64,000 nucleotides of DNA from Epithemia pelagica. Taxonomy: Eukaryota; Protista; Bacillariophyta. Below the pieces are notes generated by a model, which saw only the letters and a list, made by a program, of their open reading frames with translations, was not told where the DNA came from and did not search any database. Shown here one piece after another: positions 21,075 to 30,758 of the stretch; position 1 is the first letter of the stretch, and every line of letters starts with the position of its first letter. The position numbers and the translations under genes are program-made. The stretch covers positions 620,001 to 684,000 of the forward strand of contig OX337229.1 of assembly GCA_946965045.2 (NCBI GenBank). The letters run 5' to 3'.

Positions 21075-24000
21075 TTACCATCCTTGGTTAAGTTTTCGGC
21101 AGCGTTCGAAGAGGTCACGTGCTTGACACTTTGTAAAGTAATCAGCTCGTTGTTCTTCTGTGCTCACCATGCTGACCTTAGTTCCTCCTGGGTGATCGCC
21201 AACATGTTCCCAAAAGAAATGAAGGTAGGTGTTGAAATGTTTTGTTCTAGGCGTCAACCTTTGTTTTGTTGCAAGATAGAAGGCACCAGAATTATCTTCG
21301 AATACCTCTGAGTAGATTGTAGGCTTTTCGAATGGAAGGTCCAGATTAGTCAATAGTTCCTCTACTACACGTCGGGTAGCTATGACACTACGCATGGCTT
21401 GTGAGAGGGCATGGTACTCGGCTTGGAGAGTACTTAGGGCTACTGACGACTGAAGTTGGGAACGCCAAATTAAAGGGCACCCAGAAAGACTCAGAATATA
21501 TCCTGTACGGGACTTGGCGCTTACAGGATTATCTTGTGGTTCTCGTCCGTGTAGACCGGCGAAATCGGCATCTACATAACAATCCAACTTAAAGTCTTTG
21601 GTAGGGGTGAAAATCGTTCCCTTGTCTTTAGTACGCACTAGGTAGCGGACTATAGTTTTGATTGCTGCTGCGTGAGACTTCTTCGGAGCTGTACTAAATC
21701 TTGCTACTTGACTAACTGCAAAGGCTATGTCGGGTCGCGTGTTAGTGGCCAGGTACAGTAGCATGCCGACAATGGACCTGTATTGCCATTTTTCTTGCAT
21801 AGGTTCACCATCTGGATCACTTCCGAGTGCCAGTTGTGTGGCTGGTGTCCAGTTGGGCTTACAGTCTTGTAGTCCTGTAGCTTCGATTATTTTGTTGATC
21901 AGGCCCTTTTGGGTCATTGTAATTGACTTGGTCTTGTCGTCATGTACAAAATTGATGCCTAAGTAATCAGTGAAGTTTCCTTCTTTTTGCAAAGATAGTC
22001 CTTTCTCTTTCAGCCGTTCAATAAGGTCGTCTACAAGTTTCATTGTAGGGGCACATACACCACAGTCATCTACCCAGAGAAAAATAATTATGTCTTTCTT
22101 GTACAGTAGACATTTATCATGCTTACTCATTTGGAAACCATCTTCCAATAGGGCCTTTACTAGGTGGTCGTACCAAAGTCTTGGTGCGGATGAGAGTCCG
22201 TATAGACTCTTAAGAAGCCTGAGGCACATAGTTCCAGGTGATGATGATCTGAAACCTCTTGGAAGGTGAATCCAGACAGGTTCATGAAGTGTTGCTTGCA
22301 CGAATGCATTGTTGAAATCGATGCAGGCAAGCTCCCATCCTAGAACTAGACTAAGGACAAGCACTATTCGAATTGTGCTCCAATTGACAACAGGAGAGTA
22401 ATTTTCTTCTTCGGTTTCCTGTAGGTCTCCTCGTACACAGTACCTAGCTTTGTATTTTCGTATCTCTCCATCTGGAGAGCGTTTTCTTTTAAAGACCCAT
22501 GTTCCTGGTAGGATTCTTGTAGTTGCCTCGGATTTCGGCACTTCCGTCCATGTTCCTTTTTCTTCTAGTTCCCTAATCTCATTTTCGGCCGCTTCTTTCC
22601 ACCTATCTATGTCGTTATCTCGCATTGCTTCGTCATAGCTCAATGTGTCCGGGTCGGAAATCGACGCTTTCATCATTGAAAGCAGATCGTTAGGCTGATA
22701 GGACGGAGCTAGAGAGGCTAGGTTAGCATCCTGTACATAGCGTTGCGGTGGACGGATAGTTCGTCCGGAGCGTCGGCTAGTTCTGAAAGAACTAGGTGGA
22801 GTCGGTTCCTGAGGAGGTTGTTCCCTCTTAGGAGTGGCAGATTTTAAGGGGGTCATAACAGGGGGTGAAGGAGGATCCTCCTCTGCGATTGGCGTTAAGA
22901 TGGTGTTCTCCCTCTGAGGAAGGGGCGCTGCAACAGGGGTGTGTGGAACTCCCTCTGAGGGCAGTGTCGGTTCCGCTACGGGAGCAGAGTGAGAAGAAAC
23001 AGGAGGCAAAGTGGGAGGAGTGGGTATGGGTAAAGGATCGTCGGGAATGTGCCGATCCATGGATTGATGGATATGATCCAATCGATTTTCATATTTGGAT
23101 CGATGGACCTCATCAGTTGCAGTAGGCGATTCCATATTTTCTTCTGTTTCGTCTTCAGTATATTGATATCGAGATTCTCCGAATAATTGGTCCCATTCAG
23201 TACTAGTGAAATCTGGAACATCCTCAACGGAAGTGGCTATTGTAGAAAACCAATCATCGAATACCACATGGAATTGCGGTGTGATATATCCTGTAGAAGG
23301 GTTTAAAACTAAAGGTACAGTTGTTGCGTGTCGATTACTCAAGCCCATTAGTATACACCGTGTGGAACGTGGCTTCCACCTAGGTAGCTTCTTTCCATCT
23401 GACATAGATTTGTCCAGTACGTAGACAGGGCAGCCCCACACGTGTAAGTCGTGGAACTTTCGCTGCTCCCATCTAGTGCGAGTGAATAAATCATGTGGGC
23501 TTATTCCGGTGGCTGTGTTGGGGACATGGTTACATAAGAAGGTAGCATGGGACACAGCCATGGGCCATAGTGAGGGATCAGCCATTTCTGGCCAATGTAT
23601 AGCGGCGTGTAGCATCATGGTGCGCGCTATAGACATAATTGTTTGTATGGCCCGCTCGGCTATACCGGCGTGATGATGAGCCCCTACTCCAGCAAAGCGA
23701 TATGTTTGAGCAAAAGTTTGTAGGGACTCTGTATATTTGGCAGAGGTGAATGCCGATCCATTATCGGTGAGATACTGAGAGGGCATAACTCCAACGTCTC
23801 TACAAAATAACTCGAAGGAATTTTTAACGTGTAGAGTTTCATGAGTATTTAAGTGGCTCTGAAAGCCAATCCAGGTGTAACCCGAAGCGTGGTCTACGAA
23901 TATTGCTCCACCCATATACATATCCTTAGACGCGGATGAACCCTGAGTATTGAATCTTCTTCCCTTAGTAGAGCATACGAAATGATCGACACTGACACAT

Positions 24001-27000
24001 TGTCCAGGATATAAATTTTCTGCTTTTGTTATCCCCTTGCGATCCTTCACAATGGAACTTGTGGTTCCAGGTGACGGTCTTCGCTTTTGTTTGCCATATT
24101 GGCAGGCTGCACAAAGAGGTAAGTTCGTGAGAGTGGATGCTTTGATGTGGAGTCGACGCTTGTGTTCACTGGTTGCAAGCACTCCGGTTCTCATAACAAA
24201 TTGAACTTTTCGAAACGACAGGTGGCCGAAGCGATTGTGCCAACGTACCAATTCTTGTTGCGCTTCACTTAAATTCATGTTGTGCTGTGACGTTTCTGTA
24301 ATGATGGAGCTGAGAGCGTGTGCGCTTTTCTTTACTTCTTTGTGGTCGTACCCATACGACATGGGCAGGTTGTTGGACGGATTAATGAGAATTGTGATTT
24401 GCGTTCGTTTCTTGTCACCGGGCATTCCTGTAAGCACCATTGTCTTTCCATCTTGGATGATTTTCTCACCGTCGTATGTTTGGAGCAGACTTTGTGTTGA
24501 CAGGAGTCTTGCGTTGGTCTTTGGCACAAGAAAGGCAGGAAGTTTGAGCTGTCTGAGCTTCCCTTCGGTGTCGAGCACAGACCATAAGACAAAACCTCGG
24601 CCTGTTGCCTTCATCCTGTTGGCGATTCCTTTTACATTGAAGTTTGGCAAGGGCTGGATTGTTCCGATGAAGTCTTGAGTCTGGTTTGTGATCGAGATGC
24701 TTGCTCCGCTGTCCCAAATAATTGGATAGGATGCATTGTGTGGCATGGCGCTTCGTAAAGCGAGAGGATCCTGAAGGCAAGCTTGGAGTCCAGCTTGTGT
24801 AATTTGTTCCCATTGGTGGTGTGGTGTGCTCCCCAAGGTCCTGAAGACATCGCAGAGTGTGGGTCCCTCAAGGCACGCTGCAAGAGCGAACATTTCTCGT
24901 TCCTTTGCAGATCGTGTGTTCCTGAAGATGTCGACAGGATTTGTCGACGGGCGGTTATTAGAGTTCCTATTCCGATGATGGTTCATCGGGTTCGATGGAT
25001 GGTTGGCGCGATGGGGGTTCTGATAGCGGTCTATGGGTGTGGTACAGTATGCTTCTTGTGGGTTGCGTCGCTTCTTGGAATGGATTCGTTGTTGACGAAG
25101 TCGTTGTTGCAAGGATGGACGGTTAACCCGTGTCAGTCGAGTCCGCATTCGTGCTCTCTTGGTGACTGGAGCAGGGTGAATTGGTCGGAAAACGGATTTG
25201 CGTTTGCGTTTGGGACCGGCTCGTCGAGGGGACAAAGGTTGGTGTTCTCCCTCTTTCGAGCGATTTGCCCTGCCAGAAAGCAACAATTTACCAACAGACA
25301 CAACAATCAAACGGAGGCAGTGGGAAAGGACACGGCCATTAAGGATGGATCCAACAATCTTGCACCAGAAGGTGTGGAAGAGAAGCGTGTTCCCGAACAA
25401 AGGTGGTGGAGCTTGGCGACGTGGGTGGAGATTGACTCGGAAATGGTTCACAGCGGATGGGCGCTGTGGCTGGGGTGAGAATAAAGAACGGATAGGGGCA
25501 GTGTGTGCCACGCTAGGCGATTCCCAGGGTGCAACCATGAAGGCAGCCAACCAACAGCACAACCAGGTGAAGAAAGCCGGTTGGCACGATGGGTGAATAA
25601 GAACACTCCAAACAAGGGCAGATCCGCCGTAGGTCAAGTCTCGGATTCCCAAGTACAGATGGGTCATTCCCGACCAAATAGACTTAAAACCTGAAATAGT
25701 TGCATTGTTGGCATGTTCCAGAGGGTGAGGAGCAGGTAGGATCCAAAGGATACTGGATAGGACCACAAGAAGGGTCGTGAAGCTAGCCGCAAACATGTGC
25801 CAAGGGAAAGGAGAAATTGTGGTTGTCTCGCCCTGTGTTTGTGCCGACCCGACAGGCGCAGTGTGGTTGCTTACACGTGTAGGGCCACGTGTATCTCCGG
25901 GCGTGGTGTCCGAGAAAGTACTATAAGGTGCATAGTTCATTTCGAACTGATCGAAATCCGGAAAGTCTTTGCTAGGACTGTCACGAGGCGTCTGTGATTG
26001 TGATGGATAGACTGTACTGCTAGATCCATCAGAACGAACACGATCAGGGCAGACCGGCGTCGGGATGTCAGGAGCAAGATCGCCGGCCGCTAAGTCCCAA
26101 GCAAATTCGTGAATGAGAGTCAAAGGTAGACTCCGATTGGAATAGGGTGATCCTTCAACCTGTTCACGTGCATTTGTGTAAATCCATAGTTCTTTAACAA
26201 GCTCGCCTTGGTTGTGTAGCTTGATTTCCAGCTCTCCACGTGTAGCTGGATCAGACTCACGGTTGAATGCAAGGCGTGTTGTCACTAATTCCTCAGTCGC
26301 GTTGGTTAAGAGGACGTCCATTTTGTCTGGATCTTGGTCAAACCCGTGCTTCCCCAGTACATTATGGATCACAGTAATACTGTGGGGGACACACGTGAGG
26401 TATTGGATGATACTGTCACAGAGTGAGACAAAAGGGGACTCGTTGTTCTCGTCGATCTCATCTTCACTTTCCAAATTTTCGTTTGCATCAGTCATCTCTT
26501 CGTCGTCGGAGCTCGAGTCCGAGTCAGCAATCTCAATGAGTGCCATTTTGGCATAGTATTGCGCAAAGGGATTGATGCGTGGGTAAGTGATATCTGTTTC
26601 GTTTGTTGTGTGAGAAGCGTCAGTGGGAACGTATTGTTCTCCAAGATTGCTTGTGTCGACGAACGACGTCGAGGAGAAAGATCGTTCTCCATCAGCTGTG
26701 TCAGCCATGTCTTCTGCTTGCTGTTCCAAAGTCTCACATGCCTTGCTTCTTGAACTGAGATTTACAGAGGGCGGATCTGAGATATTGACTGGTGACGGCG
26801 TTGCGTTGCTTTGATTGAGAAGGGCAACAAATTGTGCATGGTATCCTCGTTCAATTGGTCGATGTTCCATAATGCGAGCCCGAAGAAGGCAAGGTGGCGG
26901 ATCGGATTGAATCTCGAGTCCAGGCCAGACAGGAGCTGGATTTGGGTGGTGTGGGATCCTCGTACCATCCAAATACCATCCAAGGTACCATTCTTCGTTC

Positions 27001-29528
27001 TTTACTCTTTGGTAGGCCTGTGCGATGGTAAGTTTCGGCTCTTGATGTTGCAGAGCGTAAACGGTGTACTGCGCTCTCTCATAACGCATTCCATCTCGTC
27101 TTGCTTTTGCTGCTTCTTCCTCTATGGAGATCCGTGGATCTGTTGCAGGAGGACGTAGTCCTGGTTGAAAGCTTCTTGCCCATTCTTCCAAAGTTCTCAC
27201 AGAAGGACGAGGTTGGAGGATGAGTCGAGGAGGTGAAGTGTGGTCCATCTGGATAGGTGAGATATCTGGTTGCATTGCTGCAGGTTTCCTATCCTCTTGT
27301 TCCTCACCACTTGCAATCTCTCCTCTCTGCAAGTTCTTGAGAGGGGTCATTGAGATATTGTCATCGCTCAAAACCGAGCTGTCCTGTGTCGTATCGAGGA
27401 TCGAGCTCATTGTTGTGTTGTGGGAACGCATATGTGTGTCGTCACTACCAAGGTTGAGTTGAGAGCTGTCAAAGCTCGCTTCGTGTGCAGCTGTGTTTGC
27501 TTCAACAGTTTGGATGGCCATGCTTAGATCCGTGTCCATGTTTTGGTTCTTGCTTGGTGTGTCATACCAGGAGTTGATATCCTCCCATTCGTCGAAATAC
27601 AATGTATTTGCTTCGGCTTCTGTCTCACTACCACATCTCTTTTCACAGCAGTGACAACGTACGAGAGGTGGTAGAGAAGGGAAGGACTCATCGGATGCAA
27701 CAATTGACTCTCCAGACCCAACAATCAACCCCAGAGGAGTTCCTCCCTCTGTTTTCCGTTCTTCGGTGATGTGGTCCACACAACAATTTGTTTCTTCTTG
27801 GTTCTGTGGAGGATCCTTATTTGAATGGGAGGACCATTCCAGGGAGGATGTGTCTGCCGAGTGGTTATCAAAGTTGGGATTGTTGACTGGGTGCTGAATC
27901 ATGTTGGTTCCGTGTACTTCCATGAAGTCGCATTGCATGACAAAGGCGCACAAGTCGAAGTCCTGTGTATTGGTATATCCTTTGTCGTCTTCTTCAAGAG
28001 ACATGCAATCTGGAAGATCTTTCCAGTCGTTGGTATTACAGTCTTGGTCATGACAAGGCACACAACAATCAAACTCCGTTTTCCAAGCGGACACATCAAA
28101 CTCGAGCTTGTGGGCTCGGGATTCCTTGGTGCCGTGCTTGTTTTTCTTGTATCCAACAATATGCTTGGCGGTCCCATGGGTGTCATTCCATCGTTTACAG
28201 ATGGCACACCAATAATACATAACCCCGTCTACGATCATGGATTCAGGTTCATGAGAGGCCGGAGGCACAAGCCGCCACGGATGCACCTTTGAACGGTCAA
28301 CTCGAGTCATATTCTTTTTGTGTTGGGGTTTCTTCTTTCCCCCCTTGTCGCGGTGACCGGTCGAGGGATTGCGTGGTCCAGTGGATGGAGAAGGGGTGGG
28401 ATTATGGCCAGGGGGGTGCTTCAGCGAATTGATGAGGGCATTCAAGCTTGCCTGGGTCATGGCACCCTTATGACCACTACTGCGATTCTGTCGAGGGGAC
28501 GGAGTAGTTTTCGCGATTGCTTTGTTTGCTCCAAACGAGGTAGGTGGCGCTTTGGAGTCAGTGGCATGCTGCTTGGGGCGCCACTCGCCATCCTTGACAC
28601 TAACCAAATATTTTGTGTTTGCTGTTTCAATGATATCGGTATACCACAGCTTTTCTTTTCGCATTTTCAGATCAGCAGTGGTGCGATCCTGGAAGCGAAC
28701 TTCAATGATGGTGTCGTTTAGATTCTTGGCTAAGTACATCAGCTCAAACTTGGGAGTGTCTGGCCACTCGGCACGTAGTATATTGGTCATCAAGCTAGCG
28801 GTCAGGGTGTGATCATACAACCCAGCGGCGATCAGCGGTCGCGCCTTCTGCGAGAAGTCTTTGGTGAGTGCCATTATGTCTTGGCCCGGATATTTTTGAG
28901 GGAGTAATCCTCTCATATCTTTCTTCACCTGTTCCCAGTGTTGCGGTGAGTCATGTGTGACTATTTTCACGAGCACCATAAAAAGCTCGGGGAACGATTT
29001 GACGTCCCGTGCTTGATCCTGCACTTCTCTTCTGAATCCCTTTTCAAGACAGTCGAACAGGAAATCTCGTGCGCTCACATCATTGTTGCGATCATACTGA
29101 TCGTACTGAGTCATTTGCACGTCCATCAACTCCTTGACCTTGCTGGGAGTGTATTTGGGATGTTCAGTCACAATGAAGAGCATTTCGGTGGGATCAAGGG
29201 GATTACGTAAGTACGCGATCGAGTCCATGCCATGCATGACAAGGTGTTGCTCAATATCGTCCTTCAATCGACTAAAGTCTCCTTTCTTTTTGTCAAACTT
29301 GTCTTCAGGTCCTGTCACTCGGTCCTTGAACCGCTTGTCGTTGAAGGTACGTACTTGAAGTGCACGCAAGTATTCTTGTCTTGCGGTTGGGTCTAACCCT
29401 TTCCAATCTGCTTTGGGTTTCCCGCCAGTCCAGATGACAAACTCATCTCGTTTGCTCTGGAAGATGCCGCCGATCTTAGGCTTGGTCGGCTTAAACACAG
29501 TGGGTGGAGCGTCCTCCTCCTCGGTCAT
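21075..29528 (-). CDS. Copia Gag-Pol polyprotein (~2,800 aa) with a large insert between Gag and protease
   Basis: Frame open from 29777; first ATG at 29528. Gag (KIGGI..WTGG; Zn knuckle YYWCAICKRWNDTHGTAKH), protease IIWDSGAS (~24713), integrase WHNRFGH...CAAC plus D-D-E (SVDHF, TDNGS, IAERAI), RT (IDFNNAF, LWVDD), RNase H (YVDADF, AEY, FEDNS, ADYFTK). Confidence 0.95.
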   Translation of the reverse strand: MTEEEDAPPTVFKPTKPKIGGIFQSKRDEFVIWTGGKPKADWKGLDPTARQEYLRALQVRTFNDKRFKDRVTGPEDKFDKKKGDFSRLKDDIEQHLVMHGMDSIAYLRNPLDPTEMLFIVTEHPKYTPSKVKELMDVQMTQYDQYDRNNDVSARDFLFDCLEKGFRREVQDQARDVKSFPELFMVLVKIVTHDSPQHWEQVKKDMRGLLPQKYPGQDIMALTKDFSQKARPLIAAGLYDHTLTASLMTNILRAEWPDTPKFELMYLAKNLNDTIIEVRFQDRTTADLKMRKEKLWYTDIIETANTKYLVSVKDGEWRPKQHATDSKAPPTSFGANKAIAKTTPSPRQNRSSGHKGAMTQASLNALINSLKHPPGHNPTPSPSTGPRNPSTGHRDKGGKKKPQHKKNMTRVDRSKVHPWRLVPPASHEPESMIVDGVMYYWCAICKRWNDTHGTAKHIVGYKKNKHGTKESRAHKLEFDVSAWKTEFDCCVPCHDQDCNTNDWKDLPDCMSLEEDDKGYTNTQDFDLCAFVMQCDFMEVHGTNMIQHPVNNPNFDNHSADTSSLEWSSHSNKDPPQNQEETNCCVDHITEERKTEGGTPLGLIVGSGESIVASDESFPSLPPLVRCHCCEKRCGSETEAEANTLYFDEWEDINSWYDTPSKNQNMDTDLSMAIQTVEANTAAHEASFDSSQLNLGSDDTHMRSHNTTMSSILDTTQDSSVLSDDNISMTPLKNLQRGEIASGEEQEDRKPAAMQPDISPIQMDHTSPPRLILQPRPSVRTLEEWARSFQPGLRPPATDPRISIEEEAAKARRDGMRYERAQYTVYALQHQEPKLTIAQAYQRVKNEEWYLGWYLDGTRIPHHPNPAPVWPGLEIQSDPPPCLLRARIMEHRPIERGYHAQFVALLNQSNATPSPVNISDPPSVNLSSRSKACETLEQQAEDMADTADGERSFSSTSFVDTSNLGEQYVPTDASHTTNETDITYPRINPFAQYYAKMALIEIADSDSSSDDEEMTDANENLESEDEIDENNESPFVSLCDSIIQYLTCVPHSITVIHNVLGKHGFDQDPDKMDVLLTNATEELVTTRLAFNRESDPATRGELEIKLHNQGELVKELWIYTNAREQVEGSPYSNRSLPLTLIHEFAWDLAAGDLAPDIPTPVCPDRVRSDGSSSTVYPSQSQTPRDSPSKDFPDFDQFEMNYAPYSTFSDTTPGDTRGPTRVSNHTAPVGSAQTQGETTTISPFPWHMFAASFTTLLVVLSSILWILPAPHPLEHANNATISGFKSIWSGMTHLYLGIRDLTYGGSALVWSVLIHPSCQPAFFTWLCCWLAAFMVAPWESPSVAHTAPIRSLFSPQPQRPSAVNHFRVNLHPRRQAPPPLFGNTLLFHTFWCKIVGSILNGRVLSHCLRLIVVSVGKLLLSGRANRSKEGEHQPLSPRRAGPKRKRKSVFRPIHPAPVTKRARMRTRLTRVNRPSLQQRLRQQRIHSKKRRNPQEAYCTTPIDRYQNPHRANHPSNPMNHHRNRNSNNRPSTNPVDIFRNTRSAKEREMFALAACLEGPTLCDVFRTLGSTPHHQWEQITQAGLQACLQDPLALRSAMPHNASYPIIWDSGASISITNQTQDFIGTIQPLPNFNVKGIANRMKATGRGFVLWSVLDTEGKLRQLKLPAFLVPKTNARLLSTQSLLQTYDGEKIIQDGKTMVLTGMPGDKKRTQITILINPSNNLPMSYGYDHKEVKKSAHALSSIITETSQHNMNLSEAQQELVRWHNRFGHLSFRKVQFVMRTGVLATSEHKRRLHIKASTLTNLPLCAACQYGKQKRRPSPGTTSSIVKDRKGITKAENLYPGQCVSVDHFVCSTKGRRFNTQGSSASKDMYMGGAIFVDHASGYTWIGFQSHLNTHETLHVKNSFELFCRDVGVMPSQYLTDNGSAFTSAKYTESLQTFAQTYRFAGVGAHHHAGIAERAIQTIMSIARTMMLHAAIHWPEMADPSLWPMAVSHATFLCNHVPNTATGISPHDLFTRTRWEQRKFHDLHVWGCPVYVLDKSMSDGKKLPRWKPRSTRCILMGLSNRHATTVPLVLNPSTGYITPQFHVVFDDWFSTIATSVEDVPDFTSTEWDQLFGESRYQYTEDETEENMESPTATDEVHRSKYENRLDHIHQSMDRHIPDDPLPIPTPPTLPPVSSHSAPVAEPTLPSEGVPHTPVAAPLPQRENTILTPIAEEDPPSPPVMTPLKSATPKREQPPQEPTPPSSFRTSRRSGRTIRPPQRYVQDANLASLAPSYQPNDLLSMMKASISDPDTLSYDEAMRDNDIDRWKEAAENEIRELEEKGTWTEVPKSEATTRILPGTWVFKRKRSPDGEIRKYKARYCVRGDLQETEEENYSPVVNWSTIRIVLVLSLVLGWELACIDFNNAFVQATLHEPVWIHLPRGFRSSSPGTMCLRLLKSLYGLSSAPRLWYDHLVKALLEDGFQMSKHDKCLLYKKDIIIFLWVDDCGVCAPTMKLVDDLIERLKEKGLSLQKEGNFTDYLGINFVHDDKTKSITMTQKGLINKIIEATGLQDCKPNWTPATQLALGSDPDGEPMQEKWQYRSIVGMLLYLATNTRPDIAFAVSQVARFSTAPKKSHAAAIKTIVRYLVRTKDKGTIFTPTKDFKLDCYVDADFAGLHGREPQDNPVSAKSRTGYILSLSGCPLIWRSQLQSSVALSTLQAEYHALSQAMRSVIATRRVVEELLTNLDLPFEKPTIYSEVFEDNSGAFYLATKQRLTPRTKHFNTYLHFFWEHVGDHPGGTKVSMVSTEEQRADYFTKCQARDLFERCRKLNQGW

Positions 29529-29910
29529 GCTTGTTTGTCTTGACTCACCAATCAACCCGTCGGAGTTTTGCAATCTACCGGTTTGTTGGTCGTTGTTGGT
29601 GTCCTCCTCGTTGTTTTCAATCCGCGCCCCTGTAACTCCTGTATCGGTGACAGTGGTTTCTTGCTGGGGTTGTTCGTCGGAATCAAGAGAGGATAGTAAG
29701 TCGAAACTTCCCACTCCACTGGAGGAGGTTGGGGAGTCTTGGTCGTCAGCCGTGGTGGAGCTGGAGTCAGGGAGAAGCTAGATAGCTTCAGCGCGCAAAG
29801 CGGTCGGGTGGACGCAATAGTCCACCTGAGCTAGTAGAAGGGACAAGCTCGATGTCTCGTCCTTGGGATCGATCAACAGATAAAAGCGTAGGGTTCGTCA
29901 GCCTCTGTTT

Positions 29911-29923
29911 GGGCTCGATAACC
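29911..29923 (-). other. Primer-binding site GGTTATCGAGCCC (half-tRNA-iMet type)
   Basis: Immediately follows the 5' LTR. Resembles the Ty5-type PBS GGTTATGAGCCC with one extra C. Confidence 0.7.
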
Positions 29924-30638
29924 AGTTGAAGGTGGGTAGAAAGCTAACTCTAGACGATAGGGTTAGATACAGTAGTTTCTTTAGGTCAACCTATATGCAC
30001 AATAGACGATGGGGCCCTCACCTTCTATCAGCGTAATAGGTCGACTTCTCCGTTACAAAACAAGTTTGGTTATCAAACTGGACGTTTATAAAGAAGTGAG
30101 ATTAAACTAAAGATTGTGTTTTTCATCTTGAGATGGTTTGGCTCCTCTCGGATCGTTCGGCCATCATCCCCCAAAATCTAGTCGTAGATGGGGAACGTAT
30201 TCCTTACTTCAGTGGACAAGTACTATGGAGCTACGATTAGGGACTGATAGAACTTGTTCTACTCCATAGAGGAATGTGTTCCATCTTGGGTTGGATCTCC
30301 TGTTGATGAAGATCAAGTTCTATTCTCGAGGATCACGTTCTTTTCTCGATCCTCGATTTATGTAGCTCTTGCTTCCGAGTGTAGCTCGTCCAGCGTACAT
30401 CTCTTCCGAATAGTAGAGGGCATAGTTATGCTTATCCACAAATTCCTGTTACGGGTCCGTCTGTCCGTTCAACGGCTTACTTCTATTTAAGTACACGTAA
30501 TGAGTCTTAGATACACGTCAAGGTTTGTGTCGCATACAGCGGTTTGTAACAGATGTCTCAAACCTGGACGATAAACTAGGTGTGCTAGCTGGACTAGTTG
30601 ATCGGATACAGACGTTGTAGAATAGCTATGTCTTAACT
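29924..30638 (-). repeat. 5' LTR (715 bp)
   Basis: Matches 20287-21001; followed on the + strand by TSD ACATG. Confidence 0.95.
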
Positions 30639-30758
30639 ACATGCAACAGTCACAGAGAACGGTGACCAATAATGTAGCGCTTACCTGCTTACCTTTCCAG
30701 CAACAGAAAATCTCTGCTGGCCGCTTACTTTAACTATTACCGAGTGAGCCCAAGAGGC

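Larger units (their letters stand above)
20287..30638 (-). mobile_element. Complete Ty1/copia (CoDi-like) LTR retrotransposon, 10,352 bp
   Basis: Two 715-bp LTRs with no differences seen by eye. 5-bp TSD ACATG (20282-20286 and 30639-30643). PBS, PPT and a single gag-pol ORF in copia order PR-IN-RT-RH. Confidence 0.97.

Noticed and set aside
29751-29753. ACG start in a perfect Kozak context (CCACCACGG) for Gag-Pol
   Set aside because: The leader has no upstream ATG and the first ATG (29528) is in frame with A at -3, so no non-AUG start is needed. An N-terminal extension remains possible but is unsupported.
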